Shown here piece after piece: positions 21,590 through 32,072 of a stretch of DNA of 34,956 nt; position 1 is the stretch's first letter, and each line of letters begins with the position of its first letter. Origin of the DNA: Macrostomum lignano. Lineage: Eukaryota. Where the stretch lies: NCBI GenBank assembly GCA_002269645.1, contig NIVC01004794.1, positions 1 to 34,956 on the forward strand, given 5' to 3'. The notes beneath the pieces are model-generated. The model was not told the DNA's origin, did no database searches, and saw only the letters and a list, made by a program, of their open reading frames with translations. The translations under genes and the position numbers were made by a program.

Positions 21590-23175
21590 GAGAGTGAATT
21601 CGGGGACTAGAGAAAGTAGAGAAGGGGAATTTAGGGATTAAAGAGAGAGAATTCTAGGATTAGAGAGAGGGAATTCTAGGATTAGAGAGAGGGAATTCGG
21701 GGAGTAGAGAGGGGAAATTGGGGGAGTAGACGGAGGGAATTCGGGTAGTAGAGGGATGGAATTGGGGGAGTGGAGGGAGGGAACTCAGGGAGTAGAGAGA
21801 GGGAATTGGGGAGTAGAGAGAGAGAGAATTCTAGGATTAGAGAGAGGGAATTCGGGGAGTAGAGAGGGGAAATTGGGGGAGTAGACGGAGGGAATTCGGG
21901 TAGTAGAGGGATGGAATTGGGGGAGTGGAGGGAGGGAACTCGGGGAGTAGAGAGAGGGAATTGGGGAGTAGAGAGAGAGAGAATTATAGGATTAGAGAGA
22001 GGGAATTCGGGGAGTAGAGAGAGGGAATTCGGGGAGTAGAGAGAGGGAATTCGGGGAGTAGAGAGAGGGAATTCGGGAAGTGGAGAGAGGGAATTCGGGG
22101 AGTAGAGAGAGGGAATTCGGGGAGTAGAGAGAAGGAATTCGGGGAGTAGAGAGAGGGAATTCGGGGAGTAGAGAGAGGGAATTCGGGGAGTAGAGAAAGG
22201 GAATTCGGGGAGTAGAGAGGGGAAATTGGGGGAGTAGACGGAGGGAATTCGGGTAGTAGAGGGATGGAATTGGGGGAGTGGAGGGAGGGAACTCGGGGAG
22301 TAGAGAGAGGGAATTGGGGAGTAGAGAGAGAGAGAATTATAGGATTAGAGAGAGGGAATTCGGGGAGTAGAGAGAGGGAATTCGGGGAGTAGAGAGAGGG
22401 AATTCGGGGAGTAGAGAGAAGGAATTGGGGGAGTGGAGGGAGGGAACTCGGGGAGTAGAGAGAGGGAATTGGGGAGTAGAGAGAGAGAGAATTATAGGAT
22501 TAGAGAGAGGGAATTCGGGGAGTAGAGAGAGGGAATTCGGGGAGTAGAGAGAGGGAATTCGGGGAGTAGAGAGAGGGAATTCGGGGAGTAGAGAGAAGGA
22601 ATTGGGGGAGTGGAGGAAGGGAACTCGGGGAGTAGAGAGAGGAAATTGGGGAGTAGAGAGAGAGAATTCTAGGATTAGAGAGAGGGAATTCGGGGAGTAG
22701 AGAGAGGAAATTCGGGGAGTAGAGAGACGGAATTCGGGGAGTAGAGAGGGGAAATTGGGGGAGTAGACGGAGGGAATTCGGGTAGTAGAGGGATGGAATT
22801 CGGGGAGTAGAGAGAGGGAATTGGGGGAGTGGAGGGAGGGAACTCGGGGAGTAGAGAGAGGGAATTGGGGAGTAGAGAGAGAGAATTCTAGGATTAGAGA
22901 GAGGGAATTCGGGGAGTAGAGAGAGGGAATTCGGGGAGTAGAGAGAGGGAATTCGGGGAGTAGAGAGAGGGAATTCGGGGAGTAGAGAGAGGGAATTCGG
23001 GGAGTAGAGAGAAGGAATTCGGGGAGTAGAGAGAGGGAATTCGGGGAGTAGAGAGAGGGAATTCGGGGAGTAGAGAGGGGAAATTGGGGGAGTAGACGGA
23101 GGGAATTCGGGTAGTAGAGGGATGGAATTCGGGGAGTAGAGAGAGGGGATTCGGGGAGTAGAGACAGGGAACTCG
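21590..23175. repeat. ~22-bp purine-rich minisatellite (AGAGAGAGGGAATTCGGGGAGT) with higher-order blocks, filling the intron 21566-23260
   Basis: About 70 units, most carrying GAATTC. Confidence 0.96.
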
Positions 23176-23260
23176 ACGAGTAGAGCTCCACAAATTCAAA
23201 AGAGCTTCTACACAGAGGTGTGATACCTGCACCATATCAAGCACCCCTGAATTTCCATAG

Positions 23261-23641
23261 GAACTGGCCGCAGGCCTGCATGGCAGCGGCAGTCCCTCTG
23301 CGATCACCTGTGACGATTTTTGCGATGCTGTTTCCCGACGTCTGCACTCATCGTCGGCGTCGTCATCGTCGTCCGGGCGCCGTCCCGCAACGGAACTCGA
23401 AGAGGCCTTCAGGGCTTTGGATCGTCGGCTAACTGGCCGGCTGGCGGCTACGCGGCTGCGAGCACTGCTCACCAGCATGGGGGAGCCGCTGTCGCCAGCC
23501 GAGGTGGACGAGCTGCTGCTCATGGCCAAGCCAGCAAGTGCTACAAGCAGCGGTGGAGAAAAAGAAGCAGCAGTAGGACAAGATGATAGCGAATTATTTA
23601 TCGACTATAGAAGTCTGGCAAGGCGACTGCTGGCCAAGTGA
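23261..23641 (+). CDS. Calmodulin-like EF-hand protein, exon 2 (total 177 aa)
   Basis: Acceptor tttccatag|GAA (phase 0). ELAAGLHGSGSPSAITCDDFCDAVSRR...ELEEAFRALDRRLTGRLAATRLRALLTSMGEPLSPAEVDELL...IDYRSLARRLLAK*; AATAAA at 23747-23752. Confidence 0.9.
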   Translation, partial: ELAAGLHGSGSPSAITCDDFCDAVSRRLHSSSASSSSSGRRPATELEEAFRALDRRLTGRLAATRLRALLTSMGEPLSPAEVDELLLMAKPASATSSGGEKEAAVGQDDSELFIDYRSLARRLLAK

Positions 23642-24004
23642 CGTCAGGCGCATTTTCGCAATGTTCGCGGATGTACTTCTCCATTCATTTGAACAAGAGA
23701 ATGTGCATGTGCAATCTACATGAAAAGCTCGTGTCTTTTAAACAAGAATAAATCAATAAGCTTGAAATAATTGAGTATGCAGAGGAATGGAGCTGCTTTA
23801 ATTTGAATTTTTCCTCGAAGTCATACACTACAAGATTTAGAGTAGACTGGCAAATGGCTAAAGTTACATGTATAGTGTCAACTCAACAGCAGAATGACCG
23901 AAGATGCATGTACATGTACATGAATATTAACGATTACTTTTAATCATCTACAGACTACAGGTGAAGGCACTCGACTCAGGCAAGTGAGGTATGATTTTAC
24001 ATGC

Positions 24005-25641
24005 TAAACCTGGCAGGAGACTGCGGACGAGCGCAGGAACAAGCTGCTTGAGTTCTTTGCCGCCATTGTCAACGCGCCGCCACCCCCGCTGCCAGACAGT
24101 CTGACGCTGCCGCCGGAGATGCCGCTTGCCGGCAGAGAAGAGCTTCAGCCTAGCACCAGTCAGCACAGCCGCCGTTGTGAGGCTTGCCCAACAGTCACCG
24201 GGCGGGAAAGCGCTGGATCCGGACGAGGTGCCCATCAAGGCGCTGCGCATCCACTGTGTAGCCAGTGAGGTCGCCAGAGTGATGAATCACATGCTCTTCG
24301 GTGAGAAGGAACCCAACGAATGGACCACGGCGCACATCGTCGCAGTTCCTAAGAAGCCGGACACCACGAGGCTTGAGGAGCATCGAGGCATCTGCCTTCA
24401 GTCCTGCGCTGCGAAGTTGTTCAACCGGATGCTGGATGCTGCTATCGCGGTTGCAGCCCGTGCTGGATCCGTTCCTGCGTCCTGAGCAGAACGGCTTCCA
24501 TCGCGGCACAGTAACGCAGATCCTGGCTCTTCAGCGAGTCATCGAGGAAGCACGGATACGCCAGTCGATCCTGATTGTTATCTTCATAGATTTCAAGAAG
24601 GCATTCGACTTGGTCGTCAGGCTCCCAAAGGTGCTCCGTGCGTACAACGTGCAAGAGCAGCTGATTTCCGTCTTCATGGCGATGTACCGTGATACGAAAG
24701 CTGTTTCAACACCGGACGGTCTATCGGACTTCTTTGAGACATCCTCCGGGGTGCTTCAAGGAGATACGCTTGCGCCGTTCCTGTTCGTTGTGGTGCTTGA
24801 CTGGGTGCTGCGGACCGCTCTTCCTACCAACGACGACGGCTTTCTGTTGCGGCGACACGTGGGTCGACGTCAACCGGAGAGGCGGCTCAGCGTGCTTGGC
24901 TACGCCGACGACCTCGCCCTGCTGTCCTCAACTGCCGAGGGCGCCCAGCGACAACTGGACAAGCTGGTTGCTGTTGCGGCGAGTGTCGGCCTGGTGTTCA
25001 ACACGCAGAAGACCTTCGTGCTCTGCGTGCCGGACGACATCGAGGCAATTTTGTGCTGAGGCGCTGATGGACAGGCGACAGAGCTTCCACGTTGTCAGCA
25101 GTTCGTCTACATGTACCTCGGCGGTCTGGTTCCTAGCGTTCGCGAGGATTTGCGGCGTCGCCGCGAGCTTGCCTGGGCTGCCTTCCGTTCTGTGAGGGCA
25201 GTCCTGCAGTCCGAGGCCTTACCTGAACGCCAGAGGGCGGCGTTGTTCCAGGCGGTTATCGAGACCGTCCTACTGTACAACGCCGAGACCTGGACGCGCT
25301 GACGGAGTCGCTCGAGCAACAAGTTGACGCGCCGCACGCTGGCCTACTGCGCCTTCAAGATCGGCTACGAGCGAGTGACCAACGCGGCTTTGTATCACCT
25401 GGTCCGTCCAAGCGACCTGTTGCGCCGTCGGCGACTCCAGCTGGCAGGCCACATCATCCGCGCCGAGTCGTACTGCCCAGAGCCGGTGCAGGTTCTGCTG
25501 CAGGCACCCTACGTACTATACCGGCGGGGGCAGGCGCGCACTCGGCGTTTCGTCGACTGCCTGCTGGCTGACGCCGGCGCCCCGGATTCGGCCGGCGGCG
25601 TGGCGTTCATCCGCGACCTGGCCTTGAGGCGCGCCCTGTGA
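24005..25641 (+). mobile_element. Decayed 5'-truncated RTE-like non-LTR retrotransposon (reverse transcriptase)
   Basis: RT motifs IVAVPKK, HRGICL, EQNGF, FIDFKKAFD, GVLQGDTLAPFLF, YADD, YLG. Disrupted by a 7-bp duplication (GGATGCT x2, about 24427-24440), an in-frame TGA at 25057-25059 and further frameshifts near 25295-25330. Confidence 0.93.
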
Positions 25642-27943
25642 CACTAAATGCGTATTGGTGATTTGTCATTTGATGGAATTTTTTACCAAGAGGACCGCTA
25701 ACAGTTGATTAATTTGTATTTACAGTAGCAGCACATGAATAAAAAATTAAGCCACTGGAGTATTACATGTGCATCAAGGATTTCTTGCAACAACAGTCGA
25801 CGTATACGTACATGTGCATGTGTGCTCCAGTGTCCCTGATATTTACATGTACATTTTGTCTTCATATAGCAACAGCCAAATACTTGACGACCTAATCCCT
25901 TTTGTACATGTAATAAGAAATTCGATGCAGCAAATTGATTGCAAGGGTAAACAGCTACATGCAACCATATGCATATGAGGCCCTTAATTTATTGAAGATT
26001 TTTGTTACTGAAACTGCAGGCTTTTCAATAATCAAATTGAATCATTAGATAAATTTAAGTCATATTGAGCCATGCTTAAATGTCAAACTGAAACTAGGAC
26101 CACTCAAGTAGTACTTGAGTACTTTCAAGAGTAGAAATACATGCTCCTTCATGGCAATGTACCGTGATTTCGTTAACTCCTAGATTTCGTTATTGTAAAT
26201 GGGTAAGACAGTATTTATATTTCTTTATTAGGTTTCAGTTAAAAAACAGCTAAAATCAAAAAAGTTTTTAGCAAGTTTTTAGCTTTGTTTCAAATTTTAG
26301 TTTGGTATAACGCACTAAATTAGTTATAATTATAAAAGCGCTTATATTTGTTTTTCAATGAAATGAAATTTTTTTATTTCAATTAATCTCTTTTGTCTTT
26401 GTCTAGAATTACAATATGCAGATCATTATTCAGTGTTTTAATTTTATTTTATTTCCTCCTTGTTTTTAAATTAGTGTAAAAAATACTGCTTTGAAATATT
26501 AAGGGCTATATATTTTCTTATTTGACTACTTCCCCTACTGGTCTAGGCTAAAATTAAATTTATTTCGAGTAAAATTTCAAAACCAATATATGCAGTATGT
26601 CCGAGCTACTTACTGTACTTCAAAAGGTACATACTTATACTCACATTCATACATAATTAATTCAAACTAAAATGATGAAAGTTACAGAATAAATTATGAT
26701 TATCTAAATTTATTTTTAATTATTAAAGCCATGTAAAGGTCAAAGGTGCACATCATTTCGTCCGCCACCTTTTCGTTTGCTGGCAGATGAAATGACTTGT
26801 AAATAATTAATAAAGTGTAGTTACATACAATGTAAAACTTATTTTTCATAAAGATTCATTTAGTATAAAACATGTAAATAATTATCATGAGATGTCATTT
26901 TTATGGCCTAGCCATTTGGGTAATCTTTTTATCATAATATTTCTGAGAAATATGATAGCCCATTATAATCTTAAACATTTATTAAAAAGAGAACTTTAAT
27001 ATTAGGTAGTCCTTATTTATTATTGTAGTTGAAATAAATACCTTATAAATATTTATCTTATCAAGGACTATTCAATATTTGTCCCTGTATCTTTTATTTT
27101 CATAATGAGTTTAAACTAGGCCCCTAACTAAAGCTAATAGATGGAGTTTAGGCATAATTTGTGCTTATAGCTTAGAATTTTTTATTAGCTCATATTTCAA
27201 TAATACAATGTATAAAGATACTTCAAAAGAAATGAATAAGAATTAATGTAACTCATTTGCCTTCAAAATAAAATGATAGATTTATGGTCAGTCAAATATA
27301 ACTAGACCATAGCTATAACCTATAAGTACTACAGTATATATTAAAACCAGTAATTATAGTACTATACATAGTAACAGTACCATACAAATAATGAGTGCTT
27401 TAATATTAATTATCCTTTAAATAGTATATTATAAAATATGACTGTTTTTTTTAATTGGATGATTTATTATTTTATTTTGTTTTTATCCATCATCTATTGA
27501 TTATTAATAGATAATTAGATATATTATTACTTCTAATATTAGTTTTTAGCCATAGTCTAGAGCATGCTAGGTACATACCTAAACAAAAATTGAATAATTA
27601 TAAATGCATACCATGCCAAAAAATGTAAATGCATGCCTCTTAAATCTAGTCTAATATTGTGATAATAAATTAACCTTTTTGTGTTTCAACAATATAACAT
27701 TTTTTGCATTGTGTAAAGGACCTTTTTTGGCTAATAATTTGGTTCATTATTCTTCTTTTTTATTAATATTATTTACAATGGAAAATTGATTTCTAAACAT
27801 TTGTTTAAATGTTTTATTATAAGCTTAAAAACCAAAAAGCATAAAATTTATACCTAAAATAAACTTTTTAATTTTTCCACTTAATATAAACTCCTCCATG
27901 TAATTCTATAAAATGCATGCCAAGGTGTATGCACACTATTTTC

Positions 27944-28063
27944 CAGTGGCAGATTTAAGAGGGAGGTGCATGGGGCAAATGCCTCCTATCAAGTTAAAAT
28001 TTTTGCATTTTTATATAGGCCCCTAGAAAACACATTCTTGTATTTATATACATGTATGTAAAA

Positions 28064-28095
<32 letters not shown>

Positions 28096-28160
28096 CAGTA
28101 TATATGTACCTTAGTAATCTGTGCCCCCTCCCTATTCAAAGTTTTGTAGATATGTACCTA
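27944..28160. mobile_element. hAT-type MITE with internal (TA)n
   Basis: Starts CAGTGGCAGATTT, decayed right end TAGATATGTACCTA; exact 8-bp TSD CTATTTTC at 27936-27943 and 28161-28168. Confidence 0.8.
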
Positions 28161-28684
28161 CTATTTTCTTAGTAGTAATGCATTCCAACTGTACATGTCT
28201 AACTTTTGGTATATGTGGTCAATGTATACCCAAATCTTTGGGTATATATTACATGATCCAAAGTGTAGGTTGTCAGTTATCACTGTTATTAAAAACAATT
28301 TTGTTATTTTATTACTATCTTATTCTAAACTTATAACACCAACATCATATTTAATATTTTGTAGTAGACAAAATGGTTATATTGTATCTTTGCAAACAAA
28401 TGTTACAAATTGATCATCAAGTGCCTATTAAAAACATATAACACATTGTTTTCAAATAACTGACTTCTCATTCAAATTTTCATTGAAAAAGTTATGCATG
28501 ACTACCAGTTAGAAAATTGTAAAATTTTATAGCTAATCTGAAAAAATGTATTAGATCAAATGATTCTTGAAAAAATCAATTACACATAACCACCTATTAA
28601 AACAAAACAAAATTATATAGATTCAATAATTACTACTTTAATGCATGCATTGCAGTTTGTATCTAATAAATAAATTGTTTATAC

Positions 28685-29012
28685 TAAAAGTTGGCAAACT
28701 CTGGTCTATATGCCAAATCCAGCCTATAACACCTTTAAGTTTGGCCTATAGCACTCTTACTACTACTTAATAATCTAAAAGGGTCCTATGAATCAATTTT
28801 GTATTGAACATATGAAACTTTGTAAATAAAATTTGCTTTAGATCTGTCATTCCTATATTAGTTTTAACTGTAAGGTTGTTGCTTGTATTTGGTCTAATCA
28901 TCTAAAATTTTCATTTATAGCCATAATTTGTTGTAGACTCTATGTTTTCTGGCTTGCCACTTAAGCTAGTCTTCCAATCTAGTTTATACTGAGAAAAGTT
29001 TGCTAACCCCTA
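28685..29012. mobile_element. hAT-Charlie-like MITE
   Basis: Ends TAAAAGTTGGCAAACT / AGTTTGCTAACCCCTA (decayed CAGGGGTTGGCAAACT-type TIR); exact 8-bp TSD GTTTATAC at 28677-28684 and 29013-29020. Confidence 0.82.
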
Positions 29013-29036
29013 GTTTATACCATTAATTAGTATAAA

Positions 29037-29329
29037 TATCATACATGCACAATTGTCGGCCGATCCGGCTGACCGATTTGGCGGCCAACCAAGGAAGTCG
29101 CAAAAATGTCCACCCAAAAATAACCAAGTAGTAGTACTAAGTAGCTGACAAGGCATTTTGGCTTAATAAGACAGTCATAGTTACTCCTGCCGTTTACCCA
29201 AAGTTGCGTTAATTTTGCTTTAGGGTTTTTTTACATGTAAGTTGCATTTTTGGCCAAAAACTACGTTGCATTTTTGTTGAAACTCAGTCGCATGGCTGAC
29301 CAAATTTTGGAGGTTGTGCATGTATGATA
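29037..29329. mobile_element. MITE with 16-bp terminal inverted repeats, TA-flanked
   Basis: TATCATACATGCACAA at 29037 and its exact reverse complement ending at 29329. Confidence 0.75.
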
Positions 29330-29527
29330 AATTTCATATCACTATTATTATCAATAGGCAATCAGTTTAAAATTTATAAAATTAGGCCCTTATCCTTTTT
29401 GTGCTTCATACTTAAATTATAATTCCTCAATTTTTTATGAAATTATAGACAAATTAATAAAAAGCATAATTATAGTATATTGAATTTTTAGTATATGGAA
29501 TTACTATATTATAGTTCATGCTTAGGC

Positions 29528-29679
29528 GCAACCTTGGGATTCACTCGGCCGTTTCTTTTGGCAACACACACATGTAAGTCACTATTGGATGGAATAGTAG
29601 TCACGTGACTGCTCTCAGCCAATAGCGACTTACATGTGCATGTTGCCAATAGAAACGGCCAGGTGATTCCCAAGGTTGC
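29528..29679. mobile_element. 152-bp fold-back palindrome (MITE-like)
   Basis: Arms GCAACCTTGGGATTCACTCGGCCGTTTCTTTTGGCAACACACACATGTAAGTCACTATTGG... are near-perfect reverse complements around CACGTG at 29602-29607. Confidence 0.85.
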
Positions 29680-30055
29680 ACATGCATGTTATAGTTTTAA
29701 CTAATAATTTAAGTTATTAATTTTATCTCTATCCTAGCTGATAATTTTAATCTTCTCTTTTAGACTTTTTAGGCATTTTTAAAAAAGAAAGCTTAATAAT
29801 TTTTAACACTTATTGCTTGACCATAGTATAAAATATCTACATTGTGCTAAAAAAGTTTTTGCAATATTGATTAAAGAAGCTTCTAAAAATTTATGAATCA
29901 GAAAATATCAACTTATTTAGATTTGTTATAATTTTGTTTTTAACTTTTGATTCCTAACTTAAATTTACTTTTAACAACTTAATTGCCTATGATTTTCATT
30001 TGTCTGTAACTTAATTAATAGCTTAAAGTCTTAATCAAAAGCTGTTCATAGTCTA

Positions 30056-30091
30056 GCAGTCAATATTCTTATGCCTAAGAATATTGACTGC
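30056..30091. other. Perfect 16-bp inverted repeat with 4-nt loop
   Basis: GCAGTCAATATTCTTA-TGCC-TAAGAATATTGACTGC. Confidence 0.9.
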
Positions 30092-30415
30092 ATAAGAATT
30101 AAAGACATTTTTGGTAAGTAGCAAAACTAAGTTGCATTTGAAACAAAGACTATGTCATATAGCTAGTGTAATTCTAAAGATTGTACATGTATGTTCTGAT
30201 AATGTTTTTTTAAACATAGATGCGTAACCTTTAAAATTATACTAGCTACATGTATATGACTAGTATTTTGACTAAAAGTACAACTTAGTTTTGTATCCTA
30301 CCCAAAAAGAAAGTAAAGAATCATTAATTTGTCATCAAAGTTTGTCAAAAATTGTCAAAGCCACTAATTTTGCAACTTATCCAACCCTTGGTCTGCCACA
30401 ATTTATGCAAAGCTT

Positions 30416-30804
30416 ATGTTATATGAATTAACAATTACTGCCAACCCTATACTAGCATTGAAAATGGCATACCTAGAAGCCAATGAGGCTGATGCTGATG
30501 CTGAAAGAGTTCTTCTTCCAACTGTAGAGGAGCAGATGAATGTCCCAATTTTTGTCTGGTATGTCCTGCCACTTGGGCCAGGAAGCAGACTACTAAGTGA
30601 TGTACAGATTGCCTTGCTACGCCTGGTTCAGTCAGGTGAATATGTCGTGGCTGTGCTGCCAGACAGAGTGGCAAAGATTTACCAAACTGCTGTTGCATCA
30701 TTGAGATATCAGAATGCATCTTTGCAACAAGAATTGTTTGAGTGCATGGTTATTGATGCCGCGCTTACCTGGTCCGATTTGCTGCCAGATAGCTTAGGAG
30801 AAAG
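30416..30804 (+). CDS. Unidentified multi-exon protein, first recognisable exon (true 5' end uncertain)
   Basis: Globular-looking 130-codon ORF ending AG|GTGACA; phase 2 joins 32073 in frame. Frame is open from 30368; possible acceptor at 30412. Confidence 0.65.
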
Positions 30805-30909
30805 GTGACAAGCTTTATTTTTCTTTTACCAAAATCAAACATTAATATGCATTCATATTTGATAATATCAACTGTTTCTGTCAATATTCTTAACTGCTTC
30901 ATTTGATCA

Positions 30910-32040
30910 TCTCACCTCTTATTTTTATAGTCCCGACTGTTTCATTTGATTATCTTTATTTCACCCCATGGCCAATAGTCTCATCTATTAGTTTAATAAT
31001 CTCACCCCAGACCCCACTGTCAATGGTCTCATCTATTAGATTGGTAATCTCATCCTATAGTCAATAGTCTCACCTATTAGATTGATAATCTCACCCCATT
31101 GTCAATAGTCTCATCTATTTAGATTGATCATCTCATCCTTTGGTCAATGGTCTCATCTATTAGATTGATAATCTCACCTCTTGGTCAATAGTCTCATCTA
31201 TTAGATTAGTAATCTCACCACATTTTCAATAGTTTAATCTATCAGATTGATAATCTCATTCATCCCATTGTCAATAGTCTCATCTATTAAATTGATAATC
31301 TCACCTCTTGGTCAATAGTCTCATCTATTAGATTAGTAATCTCACCACATTTTCAATAGTTTAATCTATCAGATTGATAATCTCATTCATCCCATTGTCA
31401 AAGTCTCATCTATTAAATTGATCTCACCCCATTGTCAATAGTCTCATCTATTAAATTGATAATCTCACCCCATTGTCAATAGTCTCATCTATTAAATTGA
31501 TAATCTCACCCCATTGTCAATAGTCTCATCTATTAAATTGATAATCTCACCCCATTGTCAATAGTCTCATCTATTAAATTGATAATCTCACCCCATTGTC
31601 AATAGTCTCATCTATTAAATTGATAATCTCACCCCATTGTCAATAGTCTCATCTATTAAATTGATAATCTCACCCCATTGTCAATAGTCTCATCTATTAA
31701 ATTGATAATCTCACCCCATTGTCAATAGTCTCATCTATTAAATTGATAATCTCACCCCATTGTCAATAGTCTCATCTATTAAATTGATAATCTCACCCCA
31801 TTGTCAATAGTCTCATCTATTAAATTGATAATCTCACCCATTGTCAATAGTCTCATCTATTAAATTGATAATCTCACCCCATTGTCAATAGTCTCATCTA
31901 TTAAATTGATAATCTCACCCCATTGTCAATAGTCTCATCTATTAAATTGATCTCACCCCATTGTCAATAGTCTCATCTATTAAATTGATAATCTCACCCC
32001 ATTGTCAATAGTCTCATCTATTAAATTGATCTCACCCCAT
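30910..32040. repeat. 41-bp minisatellite (ATCTCACCCCATTGTCAATAGTCTCATCTATTAAATTGATA) filling the intron 30805-32072
   Basis: Diverged units to about 31420, near-identical units thereafter. Confidence 0.96.
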
Positions 32041-32072
32041 TAATGCCAATCTCAATCAAATTGATTTCCCAG

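Noticed and set aside
22337-23529. 284-aa and 211-aa minus-strand ORFs (PEFPLSTPRIPSLYSPNSLSLL repeats)
   Set aside because: Antisense of the 22-bp intron repeat and of calmodulin-like exon 2.
24301-25059. RT ORF as an active retrotransposon or domesticated gene
   Set aside because: No endonuclease domain, frameshifts on both sides and an in-frame stop; a dead copy.
26146-26170. CTTCATGGCAATGTACCGTGAT, matching the RTE sequence near 24671-24692
   Set aside because: A 22-nt match with one mismatch is too short to annotate as an element; noted only as a possible micro-fragment.
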